DNA from: Patescibacteria group bacterium | GTDB lineage: Bacteria > Patescibacteriota > Minisyncoccia > Phycocordibacterales > UBA9973 | Assembly: GCA_038061925.1 (NCBI GenBank) | Contig: JBBTYD010000002.1 | Location: 352-64,351, forward strand | Length of the DNA: 64,000 nucleotides | Direction: 5' to 3' | Notes under the pieces: model-generated | Databases searched by the model: none | What the model was told of the DNA's origin: nothing | What the model saw: the letters and a program-made list of their open reading frames with translations, nothing else | Part shown: positions 8,903 to 18,437 of the stretch, piece by piece | Position numbering within the stretch: position 1 is the stretch's first letter | Layout of the letters: every line of letters starts with the position of its first letter | Position numbers and translations under genes: made by a program

Positions 8903-9547
8903 CTATATTTTCGTCCGCAAGCTTTCTATCTCCGCTTGGAATATAGCTGTCCGGGCGGGATTGATAGTGATTGCCTTCTCTAAATACGCTATGGCTTCAG
9001 CGTATTCCTTATTTTCAACCAAATATGAAGCATAACCGGTAATTAAATCAATATTGTCTTTAGTATTTTTCAAGCCTTCAAGATAAATCTTTGAAACAAT
9101 GTCAAAAGGGGCTTTTACATAATAATTTTCAAAATATGCATATTCCACCCAGTTGCTGGCTATCCGGCTGTCGGCAATAAGGGCTTTTTTTATCGCATTT
9201 TCGGCATTTTGGTAATCTTTCAGCCCCAGATAAACGGAATATAAAGAGCGGTAAATACGATCATTTTGCTCTAACAAAACGGCTTTTTTAAGGTAAGGTA
9301 GGGCTTGTGCATACTGCCCCTTTAGGTAAAATTCATGGCCTTTATTGATTAATTCTTTGTAAGTAGGAGCGGGGGCTGGTTTCACTTCTTTCACGACGCT
9401 TGTGGTCGAGGTCCCGATTTCGGTCGGGATTTCTGCTGGTCTCTCTTGAACTGGGGCTTGCTCTTTCCTGGCGAACAAAGAAAGACCTCCAACAACAAGC
9501 AATATCATTGTAATGTATGCGAAATTTTTATATGAATTTGATGCCAT
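8903..9547 (-). CDS. Membrane-anchored TPR protein
   Basis: TM helix followed by TPR units (GQYAQALPYLKKAV; EYAEAIAYLEKAITINP). Confidence 0.85.
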   Translation of the reverse strand: MASNSYKNFAYITMILLVVGGLSLFARKEQAPVQERPAEIPTEIGTSTTSVVKEVKPAPAPTYKELINKGHEFYLKGQYAQALPYLKKAVLLEQNDRIYRSLYSVYLGLKDYQNAENAIKKALIADSRIASNWVEYAYFENYYVKAPFDIVSKIYLEGLKNTKDNIDLITGYASYLVENKEYAEAIAYLEKAITINPARTAIFQAEIESLRTKI

Positions 9548-9576
9548 AACAAAGAATATAGCATAAAAAGGCAAAA

Positions 9577-9614
9577 CAAAAAACCACTCCGACCTAGGTC
9601 GGAGTGGTTTTTTG
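9577..9614. terminator. Perfect palindrome / terminator after the S-layer-like gene
   Basis: AAAAAACCACTCCGACCT|AGGTCGGAGTGGTTTTTT. Confidence 0.75.
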
Positions 9615-9667
9615 TTAAGCTAATAGATATTCGACCTTCTAAAAGCTACCTCATTAACTAATTAAAG

Positions 9668-12600
9668 TTATGAAGGATTTACGTGTGAGAGACCGAAGAT
9701 GTCACCCTTGAAAACGTAGTCTGCTTCATTGTAATCAGCAGTACCAGCGTTAATACTGAATTCAAGGTTAGCGGCAGCGTCGTCGCTGAGCCATGGCTGT
9801 AGAGTGTTGCCATCGGTAGTAAGACCACCGGTGTTAACATAAATCGTTACCGTTTCACTACCGCCAGATGGAATAGTAAGTGTACTATCCGCAAAGAGAA
9901 CTGAAGCAGAGGTGCTACCAGTTGTTGCAGCCATGTTAACTGTGTCAAGCAGAGTTCCTTCAGCATCACGAAGCGTTACAGCGTCAGTTGCTGTTGTCAA
10001 TGTGCCTGAAATCTCAAAGTTAATCTTGAGCGTGTCATCACTGTCAAAAGTAACGTCTTTGTTACCCATATTTGTGATAAGAAGTCGGCCCGCGACATAG
10101 TTAGCATTTGCTCCAAGAACAGTTGATACTCCTGCGTTATTGAATTCAACTTTTGGATATGTCTCATAAGCGGTGTGTGTAGCGGCGTCAACACTTGTCT
10201 GTGTTGAGTCTACAGCAGAACCGGAAGCAAGACCCGTGGTATCAATATCACCAGCAGCGTCAACGGTAGTAATAAGAGTATCACCATTTACGAATCCTGT
10301 GCCATCAATATCATTCAAGATAACTTTAACAGTCACAAGCTTGTAATCACTAGCTGGAATGACGAGAGAGCCCGTAGATGGGAATACTTCTGCAAGACCT
10401 GCGCTAGGAACTACTGTTCCGAGAAGCGTAGAGCCATTGTAGAACTTGTAAGAAGCTACAACGTCATCGCCACTTGTACCATCATCCGTAATCTTAATAC
10501 TGTCAACATTCAAGTTTTCAGTATTATTGGCAGCCAGTCTGAATACAGCAACTGTTTGTTCAGCTGAAGTATCGAGAAGCAAAGCCGCGGTAGGAGATGA
10601 AGAGTCAACAGAAACCGTCAGCGTACCGCCGGCAGAAACAGTCATTACTTGACCTGCGCCTGAAGGAGTGAGAGTAACTGATGTTCCGGTAGTCTTACCA
10701 TTTGCGGTAACATCACCAGAGTCAGTATCTATACTGATAGCGAATGTATCACTTGTAGTAGCGCTAGCAGAAAGGTCGGCAATTATAGCGATATTTACCG
10801 AACCATTCTTGGTAACACTAACAATCGGATTAAGATTGAAGGTCAGAAGAGCGTCTCCATCAGCGGTGCCGGTGAATTGCTTTGTATCTCCAATTTTCGT
10901 TTCATACACATCGCCTCGAGTGCTCAAAGCTGACGTCAAGTCTGCCCAGATTTCAACATTATCCACGTCTTGCGCGCCGGAAGCAGTAGTTGTATCTAAT
11001 TCGTCCACAGTGTTCTCCACAACGATAGTGGAGACATTTACGTCTTCACCAGAGTTGGAAGCGGACAATGTAGCCGTAGCCCAGATGAAGTCTTGCTGAC
11101 CCTTGACGACACTGCGAGCCGCAGGAGTCGTGTTGGTGACAGCAGTAAGAGCAGCAGCTTGAACTACCATAGTATTACCGGAAACAGCTGAAGTAGGACT
11201 TGGAGTGACAGAGTCATTGGAAGTCATACCTTTCGCCACGATACCAGTTGAAGGAGCGTCAAGATCAATCTTGATAGTGTCGCCAAGGGAAACAGCAGAC
11301 GCAAGATTTGCGGTTACCTTAACTTTCGTCACACCAACAGGAAGGATAACAACATCCGTAAATGTCACATCTTCCGTGCCTGTGATTAAGTCTTTAGGAC
11401 CGGCAAGCAAAGCGCCTGTCGTAGCGTCAACCAACTTAACATTGGTGACTTCATCATAAGTCATCGTAGCTAAAGTGGTATCAACATTGATGGAAGTAAG
11501 CTTCATTGGTTCACCCAATACTTGGAAGTCAAATGTTGCCAAATGCACATCCGAACCGGAACTAATATTGCCGGCTGCCGGAGTGGAAGACGACTTAGTG
11601 ACGGTGAGCGAACCAGCTTGAATTGTCTGGTTGCTTCCGCCTTGACCGTTAGTCAAAGAGTTCGTAGGTGTGATGTAGAAACCGTAAGTATTACCTACAA
11701 CTTGAACACGGACATCAGAACCGTCAGTAAGGTCTGCGTTTACAGTCAAGCTTGAGCCGGAAACGATGTCAACACGAACTTCAAACCTTCGAGTCTCGCC
11801 TTTTTCAAGGACGATATTCAAATTATTGAAAGTTGCCAAACCGTTTGCGTCCCAAGAAGCGGCTGTGCCGAGAGTGACCGCTTTGGAAACATCAAAAAGC
11901 TCAATGTTTGCGATATCTGAAGAAGAAGCCGTACCTTGTCTTTCAACGGCAATCTGTTTGACTGTCACCGCTTCAACTGAACCGGATGTCAATTTGAATT
12001 TATTAAGAACTACGTCTGTAGCACCGCCGTCCGGCTGTGAGTCTGTAACTGTTCCATCTTCATCAGCAGTCAATACGCCGATATCAAGAAGCACGGTACC
12101 CATAAGGTTACCCTTAACTGGGAATGAACCGCCGACTGTGACATTTGCTATTACATCGGAAGCTACATCAATACCAAGAGCCACACTTTTACCACCAACT
12201 GTAGCGTTAACTATACCTGCGCGAATGTAAAAAGATTTTACAGTGTTAGCTGGGATAGTTAGAGCTGGAGAGAAGGTAATCTGTGCTTTATTGTTAGTGT
12301 TTAGACTTCCAGATGAAGAAACCTGCACCATGTCCTCATCAAGAATCTTGATGTTTTCAACATCAGAATTGATAGAGAGACCATAGCGAGTCACATACAA
12401 GCTGGTAATGGAAACAGCTGTAGGGCCAGCACTGATTGTGAACTTTGTAAAGTTCGCATTGCCAGCGTCTGGAACTGTGCCGGAAGCTGGGTTGTCAGCC
12501 GCAAGCGCAACTGCAGCAACTCCAGAAGACACAACTACACCCGTGGAACATGATGCGCCAGTCGTAGAACTAAATCCGGAAGCGGAAGTACAACCGGCTG

Positions 12601-13057
12601 GAAGTGTCGTGCTGACTACAGCCGTACATGCTTGACCCGTCGTAGGACTAAATCCGGAAGCGGAAGCACAACCGGCTGGAAATGTCGTGCTGACTACTAA
12701 AGCCGTACATGCTATACCAGTCGTAGAACTAAATCCGGAAGCGGAAGCACAACCGGCTGGAAATGTCGTGCTGACCGCGCCACCTGTAAGGGCAGTTCGG
12801 GACTTAGCACCGAATATTCCATCGGCTACTAAACCTACGCTAGACTGCCAAGCGACAACAGCAGCTTTGGTTATGTTGCCAAAGATTCCATCAACTGGAG
12901 AGACACCAAGAGCTGTTTGAAGTTCCGTTACTTGAGTGCCCTTTGAACCTTTTCTCAAAGTGGAAGTGATAGTTGCATCAGCTGAACTTGTTGTAACAAC
13001 AAAAGCTAGAAGCATTACCATCCCTAAAAGAAATTTTAATTTTAATAATTTACTCAT
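9668..13057 (-). CDS. Large S-layer-like surface protein with N-terminal peptidoglycan-binding domain
   Basis: Signal peptide; LRKGSKGTQVTELQ..DGIFG..WQSSVGLVADGIFG; three PAGC.SASGFS.TTG..C repeats; long T/S/V-rich beta-sandwich array. Confidence 0.85.
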   Translation of the reverse strand: MSKLLKLKFLLGMVMLLAFVVTTSSADATITSTLRKGSKGTQVTELQTALGVSPVDGIFGNITKAAVVAWQSSVGLVADGIFGAKSRTALTGGAVSTTFPAGCASASGFSSTTGIACTALVVSTTFPAGCASASGFSPTTGQACTAVVSTTLPAGCTSASGFSSTTGASCSTGVVVSSGVAAVALAADNPASGTVPDAGNANFTKFTISAGPTAVSITSLYVTRYGLSINSDVENIKILDEDMVQVSSSGSLNTNNKAQITFSPALTIPANTVKSFYIRAGIVNATVGGKSVALGIDVASDVIANVTVGGSFPVKGNLMGTVLLDIGVLTADEDGTVTDSQPDGGATDVVLNKFKLTSGSVEAVTVKQIAVERQGTASSSDIANIELFDVSKAVTLGTAASWDANGLATFNNLNIVLEKGETRRFEVRVDIVSGSSLTVNADLTDGSDVRVQVVGNTYGFYITPTNSLTNGQGGSNQTIQAGSLTVTKSSSTPAAGNISSGSDVHLATFDFQVLGEPMKLTSINVDTTLATMTYDEVTNVKLVDATTGALLAGPKDLITGTEDVTFTDVVILPVGVTKVKVTANLASAVSLGDTIKIDLDAPSTGIVAKGMTSNDSVTPSPTSAVSGNTMVVQAAALTAVTNTTPAARSVVKGQQDFIWATATLSASNSGEDVNVSTIVVENTVDELDTTTASGAQDVDNVEIWADLTSALSTRGDVYETKIGDTKQFTGTADGDALLTFNLNPIVSVTKNGSVNIAIIADLSASATTSDTFAISIDTDSGDVTANGKTTGTSVTLTPSGAGQVMTVSAGGTLTVSVDSSSPTAALLLDTSAEQTVAVFRLAANNTENLNVDSIKITDDGTSGDDVVASYKFYNGSTLLGTVVPSAGLAEVFPSTGSLVIPASDYKLVTVKVILNDIDGTGFVNGDTLITTVDAAGDIDTTGLASGSAVDSTQTSVDAATHTAYETYPKVEFNNAGVSTVLGANANYVAGRLLITNMGNKDVTFDSDDTLKINFEISGTLTTATDAVTLRDAEGTLLDTVNMAATTGSTSASVLFADSTLTIPSGGSETVTIYVNTGGLTTDGNTLQPWLSDDAAANLEFSINAGTADYNEADYVFKGDIFGLSHVNPS
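12545..12775 (-). repeat. Three ~75-78 bp coding tandem repeats
   Basis: Near-identical GTCGTAG(A/G)ACTAAATCCGGAAGCGGAAG(C/T)ACAACCGGCTGGAA(A/G)TGTCGTGCTGAC units. Confidence 0.9.
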
Positions 13058-13582
13058 AAATTTTTTCTAATTTTTATCCTGCAGTGAAATTTTTTTAAAA
13101 TTTTACTGCGGGATTTTACGCCATTAATTAGTTTCGACAAAACTAAAAGCGTAATTTTTTTCTATCTTTATTTTCTATTCGCTAATAAATAATAATTAAA
13201 AACAATTTGTAATGCAACGAATAAATAAATAAAGAACAGATGTTTACTTAATTGAAAACCGAACAAAAAACTTTTATTCAATTTTCAATGACCATCCATT
13301 TTCACTGAACTATCATTTGAGATTTTTTCGACGAAATCGCAAACGAGAATTAAAGTGAAAACAAATATAAATTCTGTGAATACAGAACGCATTATGCCCA
13401 GCATGATTTTGCTAAATCAAATGCGCATCCGCAAACACTAAGGACATTATAATATATAGCTCAAAGAAAGAGCAATATATTATGTGGATAACTCACTTTT
13501 GGGTGAATAGAAACCACCTGCCAATACTCTCATATTTTTAAGTAAAATGCAAGAAATGGGTTAGGTTTGAAGCTGGGTCCTA

Positions 13583-13623
13583 GATACCAACTTGTCAACT
13601 TGGCAAGTTGACAAGTTGGTATC
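13583..13623. repeat. 41-bp near-perfect palindrome overlapping a gene end
   Basis: GATACCAACTTGTCAACTT-GGC-AAGTTGACAAGTTGGTATC. Confidence 0.9.
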
Positions 13624-14470
13624 GACTCCAGCGTTTCTCTCCCGTCTTTTTAAGGACACCATCTTTCGTCATAGACATTAATTCTCTTTGGAGTGTTTTC
13701 TCACTACAGACAAGTGACCGATATGCTCCAGTATTTGTTTTTTCTTTAATGTCCTTTATAGTGGAATTTCCTCCATTATTTTTAATAATATTAATTATAT
13801 CTTCTCGTCTTTGCTTCTTTAATATATCAAATCCCAAACGAAAATTTTCAGCTTCATACGGAGCAGGATTATTTTTATTTGTGTTCTTTATGTCCGATAA
13901 GGCTTTCAACAAGGTACTTCCCTTTTGGACACCAAGCCTAGTGTGTCCTTTAAAATTTGATTCTTTTTTTTCTGAATGTCCTTTAGGAAAAGGCGCAATT
14001 AATTTATTCACTCCGGCTTTTGGCCATCCATCGGGAGAGGAAGAATCCCGAAAAAATTCTGTAAGCCACATAGACTTTTTATTTATATATTCCTGCATAG
14101 ATCCTTGTAGCTCAAGAAATTCTTTTTTTAAAATAGCGCAATTCATTTCGGAAATAAAATTCATAGCTGAAGCAATATCTAAAAAGGACACGGTTTCGGC
14201 TATTTTTGTACTAGCTTTTGCTGACTCTATGTGCCCAGCATAATTCTGCTGAATCAAATGCATGTCTGATATGATTTCAGTACCTAGACTTCTTAATTTG
14301 TGTCTGATGGGTTCATCTTTGTCTATTATGTCCGTTACCATATAGAGCGCTGTAATAAGTCTAGGAGTCTTAGTGTAGGAAATAGAAAAAGAAATGTCCA
14401 TTAAAGAAATGTCTGTATCGGTCCCCATGTCTTTAAAATTTTTATTCATAGCTTTATTCTCGGCTAACAT
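13595..14470 (-). CDS. Conserved hypothetical protein with N-terminal helical bundle and C-terminal wHTH
   Basis: ALYMVTD..EPIRHKLR N-terminal part; RREDIINII..IKDI..SEKTLQRELMSM..GVLKKTGEKRWSRY. Start uncertain. Confidence 0.75.
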   Translation of the reverse strand: MLAENKAMNKNFKDMGTDTDISLMDISFSISYTKTPRLITALYMVTDIIDKDEPIRHKLRSLGTEIISDMHLIQQNYAGHIESAKASTKIAETVSFLDIASAMNFISEMNCAILKKEFLELQGSMQEYINKKSMWLTEFFRDSSSPDGWPKAGVNKLIAPFPKGHSEKKESNFKGHTRLGVQKGSTLLKALSDIKNTNKNNPAPYEAENFRLGFDILKKQRREDIINIIKNNGGNSTIKDIKEKTNTGAYRSLVCSEKTLQRELMSMTKDGVLKKTGEKRWSRYQLVNLPS

Positions 14471-14555
14471 TTGTCCATTATATATAGGACAAGTAAAAAA
14501 GCAACTACAAAAATTGGATTATTTTGTTAAATACGATATGGATATTTTTTTGTTT

Positions 14556-14642
14556 TATAAAAAGAAAATAAAATGCTTTACTCGGGTCCTCGGAAGGGGG
14601 TCAGCCAGACCAGCTCGCAAAGCATTTTATTTTCTTTTTATA
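14556..14642 (+). repeat. Conserved-core hairpin element, copy 1
   Basis: Core GGTCCTCGGAAGGGGGTCAGCCAGACCA (14585-14612) inside 24-bp perfect inverted arms. Confidence 0.92.
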
Positions 14643-14676
14643 TTTTTTATATACTAAAATATGTTAAAATGCTTGC

Positions 14677-16863
14677 ATGGTAAAAAATGGAAACAAGGGA
14701 GATGGTCAGGAATATTCCAAGGAAAATAAATGGGGATTAAAAACTCAAACTAAACACGGAATAATGGCAATTATTTTTTTTGTTTTGGCGTTATTTTTTT
14801 TAATGTCTTATTTCGGTGTGGCTGGAAAAGTTGGAATATTTATCCATAATAATTTTATAAATTTGCTTGGTTTAGGTTATATTCTTCTCCCGGTATTATT
14901 TATTATGCTCGGATATTCATTCTTAAAATCAGAAACTCCCAATATAGGGTGGACCCGAATAATCAGCGGAATAATGTTTCTTCTTTCCAGTTTGGGAATA
15001 ATAGACATCACTTTAAAACATTCTGGAGGATTATTGGGAAAAATTTTATCAACCCCTTTTGTATCTTTTTTTGATGTGTATGCGAGCATCATTTTTCTCG
15101 GCGCAATTTTAATAATTTCAATTCTAGCGATATTTGACGCAAAGTTAAATCTCCTTCCATTTTTGAAAAAAATTTGGAATTTCAGCCTAAAGAAAAAAGA
15201 AGCGCAAAAGGAACCCGTAGAAATTAAAGAGGATATTGGAGAACCTATCCCAGAAGAGGAAAAAGAAAGTACTGGGGAAAAAATAAAAAAAGTATTAGGA
15301 GTTGGAAAAAAGAAAGAAGAGGAGGAAGAGGAAGAGATATCAATTAAAACCAGACGGGGCGGATTAGTTTCCACGTACACGCCTCCTCCACTCTCGCTCC
15401 TCGAGGAAGATAAAGGCAAACCCAACACCGGTGACATAAAAGCGAACGCAAATATAATAAAGCGCACCCTCCTAAATTTCGGCATTGAAGTGGAAATGGA
15501 TGAAATAACCATCGGACCGACTGTCACGCGTTACGCGCTCAAGCCGGCCGAAGGGGTAAAACTTTCCCGCATTGTAGGTCTGCAAAACGACCTCGCGCTT
15601 TCGCTGGCGGCGCACCCGATCAGAATAGAGGCGCCGATTCCGGGAAAATCTTTGGTCGGCATCGAAATTCCAAATAAATCAAAATCAATCGTCGGTCTGG
15701 CCACCCTTCTTTCTGACGAAAAATTCAAAAATTCTTCAAAACCTCTGACGACCGCCCTCGGTCGCAATATTTCCGGCAAAGCGGTTTTTGGAAATTTAGC
15801 CAAAATGCCACACATTCTCGTCGCCGGCACAACCGGTTCGGGAAAATCAGTCACGATCCACTCGATGATCACTTCTCTTTTATATAGAAACGGCCCAGAT
15901 GATTTGAAACTGATATTGATAGATCCGAAACGTGTGGAATTGACTCTTTATAATAATATTCCGCATTTGCTTACGCCTGTTATCACCGAGCCCAAAAAGA
16001 TAATTTTGGCTCTTAAATGGGCAGCTAAAGAAATGGACCGCCGTTATGATATTCTGGAAGCGGAATCCGTGCGAGATATAGAGTCTTATCACGCTAATAT
16101 ATATAATTCGAAGAAAAAATCCCTCGAGACTACCCTGGATAGCGGAAGCGCGCTAGATGCGGACCGCTTGCCATACATTGTCATCGTGATAGACGAGTTG
16201 GCGGATATTATGAGCTCCTATCCGAGAGAACTTGAATCCGCGATCGTGCGCCTAGCGCAAATGTCCAGAGCCGTCGGCATACATTTGATACTTTCCACTC
16301 AGCGTCCCGAAGTAAATATCATTACCGGTTTAATCAAGGCCAACATCCCGGCCCGGGTCGCCTTAAAAGTATCTTCCCAGGTAGATTCCCGCACTATCCT
16401 CGACGCTGGCGGAGCGGAAAAACTTTTGGGCGCGGGCGATATGCTCTATTCTTCGGGAGAAGCTCAACCAGAACGCTTGCAAAGCGCTTTTATTTCAGAA
16501 TCAGAAGTCAAAAAAGTCGTCAAGTATTTGACAAATGCATATCGAGATGAAATTCCGGGAGAAATAACATTAACTTCAGAATCTATTGGAGCCGATAAAA
16601 GCATTTTTGAAAGCGCGTTGGAAAATGAAAAAAATATGGAAAATGACGATGAAATGTACGAAGAAGCTCGGATGTGCGTAATCGAAGCCGGCAAAGCGTC
16701 AACTTCTTATCTGCAAAGAAAATTAAAATTAGGATACGCTAGAGCAGCCCGGCTGATGGATAAACTAGAAGAACGCGGAGTAATAAGTCCCGGAGATGGC
16801 GCAAAACCAAGAGAGGTTTTGGAGAAAATCACGCGCGACGAGACTGGAACAAATATGATATGA
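14677..16863 (+). CDS. ftsK: DNA translocase FtsK/SpoIIIE
   Basis: N-terminal TMs; PHILVAGTTGSGKS; IVIDELAD; RAVGIHLILSTQRP; gamma domain LQRKLKLGYARAARL. Confidence 0.97.
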   Translation: MVKNGNKGDGQEYSKENKWGLKTQTKHGIMAIIFFVLALFFLMSYFGVAGKVGIFIHNNFINLLGLGYILLPVLFIMLGYSFLKSETPNIGWTRIISGIMFLLSSLGIIDITLKHSGGLLGKILSTPFVSFFDVYASIIFLGAILIISILAIFDAKLNLLPFLKKIWNFSLKKKEAQKEPVEIKEDIGEPIPEEEKESTGEKIKKVLGVGKKKEEEEEEEISIKTRRGGLVSTYTPPPLSLLEEDKGKPNTGDIKANANIIKRTLLNFGIEVEMDEITIGPTVTRYALKPAEGVKLSRIVGLQNDLALSLAAHPIRIEAPIPGKSLVGIEIPNKSKSIVGLATLLSDEKFKNSSKPLTTALGRNISGKAVFGNLAKMPHILVAGTTGSGKSVTIHSMITSLLYRNGPDDLKLILIDPKRVELTLYNNIPHLLTPVITEPKKIILALKWAAKEMDRRYDILEAESVRDIESYHANIYNSKKKSLETTLDSGSALDADRLPYIVIVIDELADIMSSYPRELESAIVRLAQMSRAVGIHLILSTQRPEVNIITGLIKANIPARVALKVSSQVDSRTILDAGGAEKLLGAGDMLYSSGEAQPERLQSAFISESEVKKVVKYLTNAYRDEIPGEITLTSESIGADKSIFESALENEKNMENDDEMYEEARMCVIEAGKASTSYLQRKLKLGYARAARLMDKLEERGVISPGDGAKPREVLEKITRDETGTNMI

Positions 16864-16945
16864 GAGCAAATTTTACTTTTTTAAAGGTCCTCGGAAGGGG
16901 GTCAGCCAGACCATTTAAAAAAGTAAAATTTGCTCTCATATCATA
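16854..16945 (+). repeat. Conserved-core hairpin element, copy 2
   Basis: Identical 28-nt core (16886-16913) inside 32-bp perfect inverted arms; left arm overlaps the ftsK stop. Confidence 0.92.
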
Positions 16946-16949
16946 AAAT

Positions 16950-17294
16950 ATGGACAACAATGCGAAAAAAATATTACAAATAACCACTCTGTCTGTTTTT
17001 TTTCTGCTTATTATTACTTATGCCTTTTTTCGCTCTCAGGATCTGATTTTTGGAGTGCAAATAAAAAATGTAAATATAGTCGATGGAACAAAAGTCGCAA
17101 GCAGTGTTATGGAAGTGACCGGAAATGCAAAAAATGCGACAAATTTAACCTTAAACGGTCGGGAAATTTCAATAGATGAAAATGGTAATTTCAACGAGAC
17201 AATTGCGCTTCTGGCAGGATATAATATAATAAATATAATAGCCAAAGATAAGTTTGGATATGTTGATAAAAAAAATTATAAGCTAATGTATTAG
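16950..17294 (+). CDS. Membrane-anchored Ig-like domain protein
   Basis: TM helix; VTGNA..LTLNG..DENGNF..L.GYN.I.I.A.DKFG. Confidence 0.8.
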   Translation: MDNNAKKILQITTLSVFFLLIITYAFFRSQDLIFGVQIKNVNIVDGTKVASSVMEVTGNAKNATNLTLNGREISIDENGNFNETIALLAGYNIINIIAKDKFGYVDKKNYKLMY

Positions 17295-17373
17295 CTAAAT
17301 AATTTTTCTTTTTTAAAGGTCCTCGGAAGGGGGTCAGCCAGACCATTTAAAAAAGTAAAATTATCAAGCTAAT
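17290..17373 (+). repeat. Conserved-core hairpin element, copy 3
   Basis: Identical core (17318-17345) inside 28-bp arms (25/28 paired); left arm overlaps the upstream TAG. Confidence 0.92.
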
Positions 17374-17376
17374 GAT

Positions 17377-18432
17377 GTGGATATGTTAAAGAAAAAAGAA
17401 AAAAAGGAAGACAAAACCGTGGGAATAGCGGTGCTGGAAGATACTTTGAAAGCAATTCAAACAAAATTTGGAGAGGGGTCAATAATGAAGTTCGGCGATT
17501 CGCCAAAGGTGGATGTCAATGTAATCCCGACTGGCTCTATTGGCCTGGATATGGCGCTCGGGGTCGGCGGAATACCGCGCGGTAGAATTATTGAAATATT
17601 TGGGCCTGAATCTTCCGGAAAAACAACTTTGTCGCTTCACATCGTCGCGGAGGCACAAAAACTCGGCGGAATTTGCGCATACATAGACGCGGAACACGCA
17701 ATGGATCCAGAATATACCAAAAAGCTTGGAGTCAATATAAATAATTTGCTCATTTCCCAACCAGACAATGGTGAACAAGCGCTTGAAATTGTGGAATCTT
17801 TAGTGCGAACAGGCAAAATTGATGTAATCGCCATTGACTCAGTGGCGGCGCTTACTCCCAAAGATGAAATCGAAGGCGATATGGGCGCGTATCATGTGGG
17901 CAAGCAAGCTCGCCTGATGTCTCAAGCGCTTCGCAAACTTACCGCGATTGTCGCTAAATCTAAAACGGTGGTAATTTTTATTAATCAGATCAGAATGCAA
18001 ATCGGGGTGATGTTCGGCAATCCGGAGACTACTCCGGGAGGAAAAGCATTGAAGTTTTATACTTCGGTGCGTTTGGATATTCGCAAAATCGCGCAGATAA
18101 AAAAGGGAGAGGAAGTGGTGGGTTCACGCACGCGCGTAAAAATAGTAAAAAACAAAGTGGCCGCTCCATTTAAACAAACAGAGTTTGATATCATCTACAA
18201 TGAAGGCATTTCCAAAGAAGGTGAAATTATGGCGCTCGGAGAAAAATTTAAAATAATAGAAAAAACTGGAAATTCTTATTTCTACGTGCCCGCCGAAGCC
18301 TCGGCGAAGACGAGCGAGAAAATAAAATTGGGCGTAGGTTATGATTCTACTCGCACCTTCTTAAAAGAGAATAAAAAAATATCGGACCAAATCTTAAAAG
18401 AAATCCGCCAGAAGTTTTCTGAAGAAGCATAA
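17377..18432 (+). CDS. recA: Recombinase RecA
   Basis: [54 protein letters not shown]. Confidence 0.99.
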   Translation: MDMLKKKEKKEDKTVGIAVLEDTLKAIQTKFGEGSIMKFGDSPKVDVNVIPTGSIGLDMALGVGGIPRGRIIEIFGPESSGKTTLSLHIVAEAQKLGGICAYIDAEHAMDPEYTKKLGVNINNLLISQPDNGEQALEIVESLVRTGKIDVIAIDSVAALTPKDEIEGDMGAYHVGKQARLMSQALRKLTAIVAKSKTVVIFINQIRMQIGVMFGNPETTPGGKALKFYTSVRLDIRKIAQIKKGEEVVGSRTRVKIVKNKVAAPFKQTEFDIIYNEGISKEGEIMALGEKFKIIEKTGNSYFYVPAEASAKTSEKIKLGVGYDSTRTFLKENKKISDQILKEIRQKFSEEA

Positions 18433-18437
18433 TTTTT

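Noticed and set aside
13483-13491. oriC
   Set aside because: A single DnaA box, with no dnaA/dnaN nearby and no box cluster.
14585-14612. SRP (4.5S) RNA, because GGTCC..GGAAGG..CAGCC resembles its domain IV
   Set aside because: It lacks the CAGG/AGCA internal loop, occurs in four copies with AT-rich arms, and one copy is inside recJ.
16854-17373. Integron attC cassette array
   Set aside because: No RYYYAAC/GTTRRRY ends and no tyrosine recombinase in the window; the flanking genes are core.
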